64,000 bases of DNA from an uncultured Gammaproteobacteria bacterium (lineage in GTDB: Bacteria; Patescibacteriota; Patescibacteriia; Patescibacteriales; UBA12465): NCBI GenBank assembly GCA_964648205.1, contig CAZYNT010000003.1, positions 5,357-69,356 on the forward strand, in the 5' to 3' direction. Under the pieces are notes generated by a model that searched no databases, was not told where the DNA came from, and worked only from the letters and a program-made list of their open reading frames with translations. This document shows positions 8,006-18,645 of this stretch, piece by piece (within the stretch, counting starts at the first letter, position 1; every line of letters begins with the position of its first letter). The translations under genes and the position numbers were made by a program.

Positions 8006-9499
8006 TTAAACAGTGATTAGGCCTATACCTGCCCAGCCCTGCCCGGGGTCAGCAATAAATTCTTCGGTTTTATAGCCGGCTTTTATTTCCGACCAGAGGC
8101 GGTCGACTTGCGATTCCAAGTCTGTTTGATTGGGCGCGATGTCATGCAGGGCGATTAAGCCGCCGGGATGAACTAAATTTTTATAATTTTCAAAATCCTG
8201 CTTGGCGCCATTATAACTATGATCGCCGTCAATAAACATAAAATCTACCTGGCGGCCGGCAAGAATTTTTCTTACTTGTTCCAGACTTTCCGACTTATGC
8301 GAGTCGGCTTGGATTAATTTTATAGTCTGCTTATCTTGGGAAAAACTCGAAAATAAGCGTTTTTGGCAGGAAAGATAGCCGCCGCCGAATTTTCCAAACG
8401 GGAGATCCAGGCTTATTATCAAGGCATCGGGCGGCGCTATTTTCGTCCAGAAAAATAAAGTCCCGCCGGTCGCCGTGCCGATTTCTAAGATTATTTTTGG
8501 TGCTATTTTTTTGACGGCGGACATTAGACCGATTATCTCTTGCGGAACTTGAGCGGGTTTGATATTGATATTTAAACCGCGCTTATTCGGTCCGTAACGA
8601 AAATCACTTGCTAAACGCCATAATTCTTCCGGGGTTTTGGCTTTTAGTGATTTTTTTCGGAATGATTTTATCGCCGCCCTTATTAGAAGAGGGAAATAAA
8701 ATTTATCTAACAGCGTTTTAGCGGTATTTATCATTCTTCTTTGCGGAAAGAGCTCCATAAATTTTATTTTTTTAGGCGAGTTATTAATTTTTCTCCTAGT
8801 GTAAGCGTTTAATTTAGCAATAAAATAGAGAAGCCGGCCGCGGAATTTTTTGAAGCCGTAACTAGAAACAGATGACGGGTTCATTCGGTAGTAGTATAGC
8901 GTTTTGTCAATAAATAATGGTTCAGTAACCTCTTCTAGCTTATAAAACAAGTCTTTATCTTCTGAACAACGATTAAAAAAATAATCATAGCCACCAACTT
9001 TCATGTAGTCTGTTTTTTTAAATGTAAAAAAATGGCTAATACAATTTTGGATTAGGTTACTTGATCCCAGTGGTATTTGTCGGTTGGTTCCTTTGGAAAT
9101 TTGTCTTAATTTTTTATCACAAATAATCATTTGTGAATATATTAGGCCACTATTATTTATATTGTATTGCCAAAGCATTGTTTCAACCGCCTCTCTGTCT
9201 AAAACATCATCGCTGTCTATAATCCCAATAATTTCGCTACTCGAATTTTCTATGGCTTTCCTTCGCGAATAGACAATACCCAAATGTTTATTATTTACGA
9301 TGAGCTTAATTTTATTGTTGTCTAGATATTTTTTAATAATATTTAACGAGTCGTCGCTTGAAGCATCGTCTACAATTATTAATTCCCAATTATTATTAGT
9401 TTGTTTTAGGACAGATTCAATCGCTTCCGCTATATATTCAGAGCGATTTAAATTAATCATGATTAATGAAATTGAATTATTTATCATAGTCTTATCCAA
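8006..9499 (-). CDS. Bifunctional GT2 glycosyltransferase / class I SAM-dependent (CmcI/Methyltransf_24-like) methyltransferase fusion
   Basis: The N-terminal part is GT2-like (SLIMINLNRSEYIAEAIESVLKQT...IIVDDASSDDS...IIDSDD). The C-terminal part is methyltransferase-like (ILEIGTATGGTLFFW...FMFIDGDHSYNGAKQDFENY...GGLIALHD). Confidence 0.7.
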   Translation of the reverse strand: MDKTMINNSISLIMINLNRSEYIAEAIESVLKQTNNNWELIIVDDASSDDSLNIIKKYLDNNKIKLIVNNKHLGIVYSRRKAIENSSSEIIGIIDSDDVLDREAVETMLWQYNINNSGLIYSQMIICDKKLRQISKGTNRQIPLGSSNLIQNCISHFFTFKKTDYMKVGGYDYFFNRCSEDKDLFYKLEEVTEPLFIDKTLYYYRMNPSSVSSYGFKKFRGRLLYFIAKLNAYTRRKINNSPKKIKFMELFPQRRMINTAKTLLDKFYFPLLIRAAIKSFRKKSLKAKTPEELWRLASDFRYGPNKRGLNINIKPAQVPQEIIGLMSAVKKIAPKIILEIGTATGGTLFFWTKIAPPDALIISLDLPFGKFGGGYLSCQKRLFSSFSQDKQTIKLIQADSHKSESLEQVRKILAGRQVDFMFIDGDHSYNGAKQDFENYKNLVHPGGLIALHDIAPNQTDLESQVDRLWSEIKAGYKTEEFIADPGQGWAGIGLITV

Positions 9500-10374
9500 T
9501 TATCAGGTATTATGGTATTTGTATCTATTTTGGGATTATTTAGCCATTTTTTGGGAGCAATAACTATTTTTTCCAGGGATGGATTTAACCAAGCGCCCCA
9601 CCACGAGAAAGTGCTATTAGCGATTATGTGATGTTTGCATTTACTCATTAATATTAAATCCTCATAATTTTTTAATCCCGAAATAAAAACTGTTTCCGGC
9701 CCTAAATTTAAATTATCTTTGCACCAGCCGATATCATCAGAGAAAATAAAAAAAATAGGATTTGGCAGCTTGTCTTTTAAAAATTTCGTCGCCCGTAAAT
9801 AATAGGCGACGTCGCATGTGCCGTGGTATTGGTTTATGTTTTTGTTATTAATATAGTCGCCCCGTCTAATATGGACAGAGACCGACGTGTTTTTATCAAT
9901 TTTTTCCACTAATTCTTGGGGGAGCCGATCGCTATATTCTTTTTTCAGCTTAAAATCATTACGAATAATATCGGAAATTTCGGAAAAATATTTTTCATTA
10001 TTAAAGTAACCCAGATAAGAAAAATTATCGCTATTTTTAACCAATGTAGGATCAAAACAAAACTCCGTTTGTTCTTTTATGACAGGGAGGTGAGATTTTT
10101 TAATTTTTTTTGTTTTATTGTCTAATTCAAAATATTTTAAATTATACTGGCGTTTGTTTTGTCCGATTTCCTTAATTTTTTTTGCGACACTTTCCTTTGC
10201 AAAAATGGCAATTATAATTTTAATAATATTTTTGCAAAGATATTTAAAATTATTTTTTTTATATAAAAAAGTTTCAAGGTTTAGCTCAAAGCCGTACTTT
10301 GTGGATATATTTTTTCCAAAAGCATATTGGAACATTTGATTCCCGAGTCCGCCCATTAGCTTGACCGTTATCAT
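9484..10374 (-). CDS. GT11 family alpha-1,2-fucosyltransferase-like glycosyltransferase
   Basis: I place the start at MITVKLMGGLGNQMFQYAFGK. GT11 motifs are present: HIRRGDY, FIFSDD and IANSTFSWWGAWLN. Confidence 0.75.
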   Translation of the reverse strand: MITVKLMGGLGNQMFQYAFGKNISTKYGFELNLETFLYKKNNFKYLCKNIIKIIIAIFAKESVAKKIKEIGQNKRQYNLKYFELDNKTKKIKKSHLPVIKEQTEFCFDPTLVKNSDNFSYLGYFNNEKYFSEISDIIRNDFKLKKEYSDRLPQELVEKIDKNTSVSVHIRRGDYINNKNINQYHGTCDVAYYLRATKFLKDKLPNPIFFIFSDDIGWCKDNLNLGPETVFISGLKNYEDLILMSKCKHHIIANSTFSWWGAWLNPSLEKIVIAPKKWLNNPKIDTNTIIPDNWIRL

Positions 10375-10375
10375 A

Positions 10376-11104
10376 TTATTTTTTTGTAAACCAAAAACAA
10401 CCGCAACCATAGTTTTCTTCTCTGACTAGGGATGGGTCGGCATTTATTATGATTTTTTTATTTTTTTCCGAAATTAAGGTGAATTCTTTAAGTTCAAGAT
10501 CGGTAAAATATGAAAGTATCTGTTCATAAGAATAAATTCGATGGGAATTGAACATAATACGCGGGCGTCCAATCGGCACAACAAATAGGAGATTGCCACC
10601 CTTGGCCAGAACCCTTTTTAATTCATTAATTGCCCTTAAATCACCTTGGGGATCTATCTTGTCCCCATAACGACCGAGGCCGATATGTTCTATAGTGTGC
10701 ATGCAAGACAGAGAAGCGATGCTTTCACTAGAAAAATGTAAATTATTTAAATCAGCTTTTCGGCTGATAAAATTATCCAAGATTATATTAGCCGGCCGAT
10801 AATCATAAAATTCTGTCGGAACGAAAGCCGATATTAATGTAGAAAAATGAAGCGTTGATGATATATCCACATGTTTTTCCGGCTTAGTTCCAGATATTAT
10901 TCTAGCCGCCCAGGCGGGATGATAAATGTAGTGAAGATCAAAATCAGTTTCGCTCGTCTTGTCATCCAAGCGAGGCCTCAGATTTTTAATTTTTATTTTA
11001 AAACGCCCATCATTATTCTTGGTAAATTTTTTAAGATCACTCATTAAAAAGAGGGCTTGAAATATGCTTAATAACGTTTTAAAAATTTTTTTAATTTTTG
11101 TCAT
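10376..11104 (-). CDS. Class I SAM-dependent methyltransferase-like protein (DUF268-like)
   Basis: SCMHTIEHIGLGRYGD...LKRVLAKGGNLLFVVPIG resembles the post-motif II/III region of small glycan methyltransferases. The gene sits inside the glycan locus. Confidence 0.5.
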   Translation of the reverse strand: MTKIKKIFKTLLSIFQALFLMSDLKKFTKNNDGRFKIKIKNLRPRLDDKTSETDFDLHYIYHPAWAARIISGTKPEKHVDISSTLHFSTLISAFVPTEFYDYRPANIILDNFISRKADLNNLHFSSESIASLSCMHTIEHIGLGRYGDKIDPQGDLRAINELKRVLAKGGNLLFVVPIGRPRIMFNSHRIYSYEQILSYFTDLELKEFTLISEKNKKIIINADPSLVREENYGCGCFWFTKK

Positions 11105-11161
11105 CGCAATAGATATTATTGAATATATATTTTTTATACCATTAAATTTACTAATTCATTT

Positions 11162-11932
11162 TTAAGTAATTTTTATTAATATTCTAAAATATCCAATTAA
11201 ATATTTTTTGATTAGTAGTAACTTTGCGTAGATTGGTTGATGAAATTTTTTATATATTTTAAGCATTTCTCTAAGACCATCAAATATACCCTTTAATGAT
11301 TGAGAGTTAGCTTTATCTTCAAGACGGTAAGAGCCGATAATTTGGTTATAATAATAGAGTTTTGGATTTTCTTTTAGAGCCTTCATCCAAAATTCAATAT
11401 CCCCGGCTACTCGGTATTCAAGGTCGAATCCGCCAGTTTTTAAATAAAGCTCTTTTTTAAAAAATACCCCTGGTTGGGCTGGCACTCCGCCTGAATTTTT
11501 AATTAAAGCTTTTTTAAAAGAAATATCAGATGGTGGCTTATATACGCCTTGGAGATTTTCACGGCTATCGATCAAATTAATATTCCCATAAACAACATCG
11601 ATATCATTATTTTTTTTGAATATTTCCGCTACCTCATTTATTATTCCGGCTTGAAAATAGTTATCAGCGTCTAACCAAGAAAAAATTTCCCCATGAGCCA
11701 TTGCGAATCCTTTATTCATAGCGTCTGTGATCCCCTTATCTTTTTCGGAAATCCAAATTAGATTATAACTTTTCTCATATTTTTTTAGCAGCTCTACTGT
11801 TCCATCTTTAGAGCCGCCGTCTATAACTATATGTTCGATAAAATTACCTTGGTTTTTGACGCTCAAAATACATTCTTCAAGTGTATTAATACTATTAAAA
11901 GCCGGTGTAATTATAGAAATTATTTTTTGCAT
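11162..11932 (-). CDS. Glycosyltransferase family 2
   Basis: ISIITPAFNSINTLEECILSVKNQ...HIVIDGGSKDGT...WLDADN. Confidence 0.8.
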   Translation of the reverse strand: MQKIISIITPAFNSINTLEECILSVKNQGNFIEHIVIDGGSKDGTVELLKKYEKSYNLIWISEKDKGITDAMNKGFAMAHGEIFSWLDADNYFQAGIINEVAEIFKKNNDIDVVYGNINLIDSRENLQGVYKPPSDISFKKALIKNSGGVPAQPGVFFKKELYLKTGGFDLEYRVAGDIEFWMKALKENPKLYYYNQIIGSYRLEDKANSQSLKGIFDGLREMLKIYKKFHQPIYAKLLLIKKYLIGYFRILIKIT

Positions 11933-12624
11933 TAACTTTGTTTATTATTTTTTATACACACCAAATGATAGGCAATGGCGGGATTATTCCAAACCATTTT
12001 TTGCGTGATGTTTGAAATAATATCCCCGATAAATGCCGGTTTTATTTTTGGCTCCCATTCCTGTCCTCTGAGAAATTTTAAACCCGATAATCCATTACAC
12101 TTAAAGCCTAATTTTTTCATTTCTTTTTGCGTCCAGCCAGATTTATGTATTTGATTTTGGTTATCATCATAAATCCTTTGCTTGATAAAACCATTCGGTG
12201 TAATAATAATTATTTTATTAGCAATCTTTTCTAGTTTTGGTAGAAAATTTTTAAAGTCTGTTTTTTCAAGATGTTCAATAACGTCTATTAGAAGGACGCA
12301 ATCAAAAGAGTTGGGCTGAAAATTTATTTTGAAGATGTCCGTATTTATGTATTCAGAATGAATTTTGTTTTTTTCTAAGTTTTTAAGTATATATGGTTCA
12401 AAAATATCTACGCCAACCGAATAGAAAATTAAAGGAGGTTCTTTTTTTAAATATCTTAACGGTGAATTTGGTCCACATCCAAGATCTAATACTGATTTAC
12501 AATCTTTAAGTTCTTTTCTGAGAATCGATTCAATAATTTCCCCTGTTGTGGGAAATATTTTTTTAAAACCTATTCTGTATATATAGTTTATTAATTTTTT
12601 CATAAAAAATTGTAAATGCGCCAA
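11932..12624 (-). CDS. Class I SAM-dependent methyltransferase
   Basis: Motif I is VLDLGCGPNSPL and the post-I acidic region is LLIDVIEHL. The stop is adjacent to the start of the downstream GT2 gene. Confidence 0.7.
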   Translation of the reverse strand: MAHLQFFMKKLINYIYRIGFKKIFPTTGEIIESILRKELKDCKSVLDLGCGPNSPLRYLKKEPPLIFYSVGVDIFEPYILKNLEKNKIHSEYINTDIFKINFQPNSFDCVLLIDVIEHLEKTDFKNFLPKLEKIANKIIIITPNGFIKQRIYDDNQNQIHKSGWTQKEMKKLGFKCNGLSGLKFLRGQEWEPKIKPAFIGDIISNITQKMVWNNPAIAYHLVCIKNNKQS

Positions 12625-12627
12625 TAG

Positions 12628-14436
12628 CTACTTGTAATTTTTTTGAGATTTTTTTACTTCTTCGGAAATCCACGCGTAGGTTGCAGATAGGCCTTGCTTT
12701 AGGGGCAAGCTGGGAGCCCAATTAAGTTTTTCTTTTATTAATTTGTTGTCTGAGTTTCTCCCCCGAACCCCTAACGGTCCGTCGATATGTTTTATATCTA
12801 ATTTTTTATTAGCAATTTCCATCGCCATATGAGCTAGCCCATTAATAGTGACCATTTCCTCAGATCCTATATTAACTGGTCCGTTGAAATTAGAATCCAT
12901 TAATTTTCTTATCCCGTCCAAGCATTCATCTATATATAAGAACGATCGAGTTTGCTCACCGTCTCCCCATATTTCGATTGTCCCTCCGTCTGACGTCTCG
13001 GCAACCTTACGGCAAATAGCTGCCGGAGCCTTTTCTTTACCGTTGCACCACGAGCCCTCTGGCCCAAAAATATTATGGAACCTTGCGATGCGGACGTTTA
13101 GCTCGTAATTTCTCATAAAAGAAAAATACAATCTTTCGCTAAAAAGTTTTTCCCAACCATATTCACTATCCGGCGAGGCGGGGTACGCCGAGTCTTCGGA
13201 ACACTTTGGATTTTCTGGATCCAACTGATTATAAAGAGGGTAAATACAGGCAGAAGAAGAATAAAATATTTTTTTAATTTTAGCTTTACAACCGTAGTAA
13301 GCGATATTTAAATTAATTGTGGCCGAGTTGTGCATTACGTCAGCATCGTGGTTGCCGCTAAATATATATCCCGCTCCTCCCATGTCGGCGGCAAGCTGGT
13401 ATACTTCATCGAACGCTCTGTCTAGGATTCTTTCGCATACCAGGGGATCTCTCAGATCGGCAAGTATAAAATCATCCGCCTCGCTTGTGCTAAATTCCGG
13501 TTTTTTTAAATCGACTCCACGTACCCAAAATCCTTCTTTTTTTAATCGTTTGACTAAGTGGCTGCCGATAAATCCTCCCGCGCCACAAACTAATGCTGTT
13601 TTTTGTGAGTTTTCCATAAGATTAATAATTTTTTTTATTCCATCATTGAGGCTTGTTTTAGGCTGCCAAAATGAAAGTATATATTTATTTGGTTCATTTT
13701 TTTTATTTTTTTGGACGTCATCTGATATATTACTGGTTTCTATTACCGATCCCGGAAAATTTTCGGCGATTATTTTTGCTACGTCTAATATAGAATTCCA
13801 TTGAAAATTAGTAATATGAAGCTCTTCGTTTCTTGGTATCTGTTCATATCGTCTTGATAACTCAAGCAGACATTCACAGCAATCATCCGCGTAGAGAAAT
13901 TGTCTTTCCTCTGCGCCATCAGTCATTAAAATAATTTTTTTATTTTTTTTTGCTTTTATTATTAAATCAGTAATAACGTGAGATTTTTCCATATTTCTTT
14001 CCAGCCCGTATACATTCCAAAATTTAACAACAATTCCGTTTAAAGATTTAGTATAAGCCTCTCCGAGCGCCTTGAGTCTACCATAATTAGAGTAAGACAT
14101 GTTAGACATTTGGCTCGATGCGAAGATGAACGGTTTATTATATTTTTTTAAAACTTCAAAGGTATTATTGATTATCTTTGTGTTGTTAGAGATAAATTCA
14201 TTGGAATCCTGATAAGTTTTAAGATATCTAGATCCGCCCACATCAAAAGCTAAAAAGAATACAAAGTCGGCCTCTTTAATCGTTTTATCAAGAAGGCTAT
14301 TGTTGTAAATTCTTAAATCTTGAGAAGCATCGTCGACAATATCAAATTCGATTACTTCGTCGTTGTGACTATTTTTTATAATTTTAGTTAAAGTAGAACC
14401 TATTTGTCCCGCCGAACCTAGTACTAAATATTTCAT
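12628..14436 (-). CDS. Tandem short-chain dehydrogenase fusion: N-terminal RmlD/4-reductase-like domain + C-terminal GDP-mannose 3,5-epimerase-like domain
   Basis: There are two Rossmann motifs (VLGSAGQIGS near residue 5; CGAGGFIGSHL near residue 292). The N-terminal half has YGRLKALGE (YxxxK). The C-terminal half closely resembles plant and bacterial GME from memory (AADMGGAGYI, SSACIYP, RFHNIFGP, KEKAPAAICRK, RSFLYIDEC, GVRGRNSDN). Confidence 0.75.
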   Translation of the reverse strand: MKYLVLGSAGQIGSTLTKIIKNSHNDEVIEFDIVDDASQDLRIYNNSLLDKTIKEADFVFFLAFDVGGSRYLKTYQDSNEFISNNTKIINNTFEVLKKYNKPFIFASSQMSNMSYSNYGRLKALGEAYTKSLNGIVVKFWNVYGLERNMEKSHVITDLIIKAKKNKKIILMTDGAEERQFLYADDCCECLLELSRRYEQIPRNEELHITNFQWNSILDVAKIIAENFPGSVIETSNISDDVQKNKKNEPNKYILSFWQPKTSLNDGIKKIINLMENSQKTALVCGAGGFIGSHLVKRLKKEGFWVRGVDLKKPEFSTSEADDFILADLRDPLVCERILDRAFDEVYQLAADMGGAGYIFSGNHDADVMHNSATINLNIAYYGCKAKIKKIFYSSSACIYPLYNQLDPENPKCSEDSAYPASPDSEYGWEKLFSERLYFSFMRNYELNVRIARFHNIFGPEGSWCNGKEKAPAAICRKVAETSDGGTIEIWGDGEQTRSFLYIDECLDGIRKLMDSNFNGPVNIGSEEMVTINGLAHMAMEIANKKLDIKHIDGPLGVRGRNSDNKLIKEKLNWAPSLPLKQGLSATYAWISEEVKKSQKNYK

Positions 14437-14500
14437 AAAATTAACTCATTTGCAAATTTTTAAAAAATTATTTTTATGTTAGCAATTTATTTTTATTTTT

Positions 14501-15826
14501 TTATCTCCCCCCCCGGCTTACCATTGTCGCTATGGTCTTTAGGGTGATCGCGAAATCCAGGTAAACGGAGCGATGTTTCAGATAATATAAATCGTATTGG
14601 AGCTTTTCCAGACTATCTTCTGGCGACGGGGAATGGTAGTGCCCGGAAACCTGGTCCCAGCCTGTAATGCCCGGTTTTATCAAAAGCCGGGTTTTATAAA
14701 AGGGAATTTTATGCTCAAGTTCGGCGACTATTTCCGGCCTTTCTGGACGGGGGCCGATAAAGCTCATATCTCCTTTGATGATATTTAAAACCTGCGGAAT
14801 TTCATCAAGGCGGGTCTTGCGCATGAACGATCCGAAGCGGGTAATGCGCTTATCGCCCTCCAGCGTCGGCGCGCCGTCGTTGTTAGCAACGCGCATGGTG
14901 CGGAATTTAATCATCTTAAATATCTTTTCGTTGCGCCCGTAACGAGCTTGGGTGAAAAAGACCGGGCCGCGGCTTTCAATTTTAATGAGCAGGGCGATGA
15001 GCGGCCAGAAAATAAAAGAAACAATCAGGATAATAAGAGCACCCAAGAAATCGGCCAAGCGCTTTAAAAAATTAAAATAATTTCTTTCCCCTACTTTTAA
15101 ATTATCCAAGAACCAGCTCGGCCCGATAGCTTCTACCGGCACCTTGCCCGTCAAAAGTTCATAAAAAGCGGGATAGTCGAAAAAGATAATCTGGTATTTG
15201 AGGCAGCTGAATAAAGCTTCGCGCATTTTTTCGCTTTGCCCGAAGTCGTCGGCGACGACGATGACTCGGATATTTTTTTCCTGGATGCTTTCAACTAGGC
15301 TGTCCATTTCGCTTGGTTCCTTAAATATTAAAGCGGTCTCATAGCCGGAACCCGGGTTATTTTTAAGTTCGGTGATTAAAATTTCCGTGCGCTGATTGAG
15401 GCCGATAATTGCCAGATTACTTTTCGGGATAATTGAGCGCACGAGCGCTTGGTAGAGGCCGCGCCACAGGAAGAAAAGGAGAATAAAAACAATAATGAAA
15501 ATCGCTAAATTAGTTTTCGGAGCGATCGTCGACTGCACGTTCAGATAGAAATAGATGACGGAGAACAGACTGCTTGCGGCCGCCGCGCTGATGGTCTGCC
15601 GGAAGAATTTCCGGCCGCGCGAGTGGAGATTAAGATTATATAAATCGTTGATATAAAAAATGATGAGCCAGATGAAGAAGATAACCAAAAAATGCGGCCA
15701 GTGGCCGCGGAAGTTGTCCAGCCAGGTGTCTTTTTGGTAGCGGATGACCAGAGTCAAAAAGAGGGCCAGATTTAAAAATAAAAAATCACCCAAGAGCAGA
15801 ATTATTTTTTTAAGGCGGGTCAGCAT
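14501..15826 (-). CDS. Polyprenyl-phosphate sugar phosphotransferase (WbaP/bacterial sugar transferase family), priming enzyme
   Basis: N-terminal TM helices and a C-terminal bacterial sugar transferase domain (RYGRNEKIFKMIKFRTM...DEIPQVLNIIKGDMSFIGPRPERP...KPGITGWDQV). Confidence 0.8.
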   Translation of the reverse strand: MLTRLKKIILLLGDFLFLNLALFLTLVIRYQKDTWLDNFRGHWPHFLVIFFIWLIIFYINDLYNLNLHSRGRKFFRQTISAAAASSLFSVIYFYLNVQSTIAPKTNLAIFIIVFILLFFLWRGLYQALVRSIIPKSNLAIIGLNQRTEILITELKNNPGSGYETALIFKEPSEMDSLVESIQEKNIRVIVVADDFGQSEKMREALFSCLKYQIIFFDYPAFYELLTGKVPVEAIGPSWFLDNLKVGERNYFNFLKRLADFLGALIILIVSFIFWPLIALLIKIESRGPVFFTQARYGRNEKIFKMIKFRTMRVANNDGAPTLEGDKRITRFGSFMRKTRLDEIPQVLNIIKGDMSFIGPRPERPEIVAELEHKIPFYKTRLLIKPGITGWDQVSGHYHSPSPEDSLEKLQYDLYYLKHRSVYLDFAITLKTIATMVSRGGR

Positions 15827-15873
15827 ATTTTCTAATATTATATACCTAATATAGCAATATGAGCCTAAAAAAT

Positions 15874-15905
15874 CAATAAAAAAGGCCTCCGAAAAGGGAA
15901 GCCTG
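15874..15905 (-). terminator. Rho-independent terminator after the pyrophosphatase gene
   Basis: Read on the minus strand the sequence is AGGCTTCC-CTTTTC-GGAGGCCT followed by TTTTTATT. The stem is 8 bp with one G-U pair. Confidence 0.5.
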
Positions 15906-15933
15906 ATTTTGCTGTTTTTATGCGGTGAATACC

Positions 15934-18396
<2,463 letters not shown>

Positions 18397-18645
18397 TTTT
18401 AAACAATTTGGTTAAACGTAGGTTAAATATATATTTAATTATTGATAAAGAACTGGTGAAGAATAAATTTTAGGCAAAAATTAAAAATTTGTCAAAAATA
18501 AGCCTTGTTAAAGTCGTATTTTTATGTTTTTAAAGCCTTATATTTTTTATTAAGTATGATATAATATGATTATCTCCTAAGTAAGAGGGGTTCAAATTAT
18601 CTTTGCTCTTATTTTTAGGAATTAATTATTCTAAGATTTACCAAA

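Noticed and set aside
13319-13804. A 161-aa plus-strand ORF. Similar long antisense ORFs occur at 142-357, 4048-4395, 36241-36690, 41192-41611, 42028-42405, 43534-43902, 47073-47396 and 49371-49790.
   Set aside because: Each lies entirely inside, and antisense to, a gene with strong family motifs (SDR fusion, flippase, IleRS, MreB, MreC, PfkB, MreB2, S8 protease). Their translations are low-complexity (Ser/Pro/Arg/Leu-rich) with no motifs. These are typical shadow ORFs.
18587-18597. GGTTCAAAT, a tRNA T-loop-like string in the intergenic region upstream of 18646.
   Set aside because: The flanking bases cannot form a T-stem (AGGGG has no CCCCT partner). No acceptor, D or anticodon arms can be drawn. 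I found no convincing tRNA anywhere in the window.
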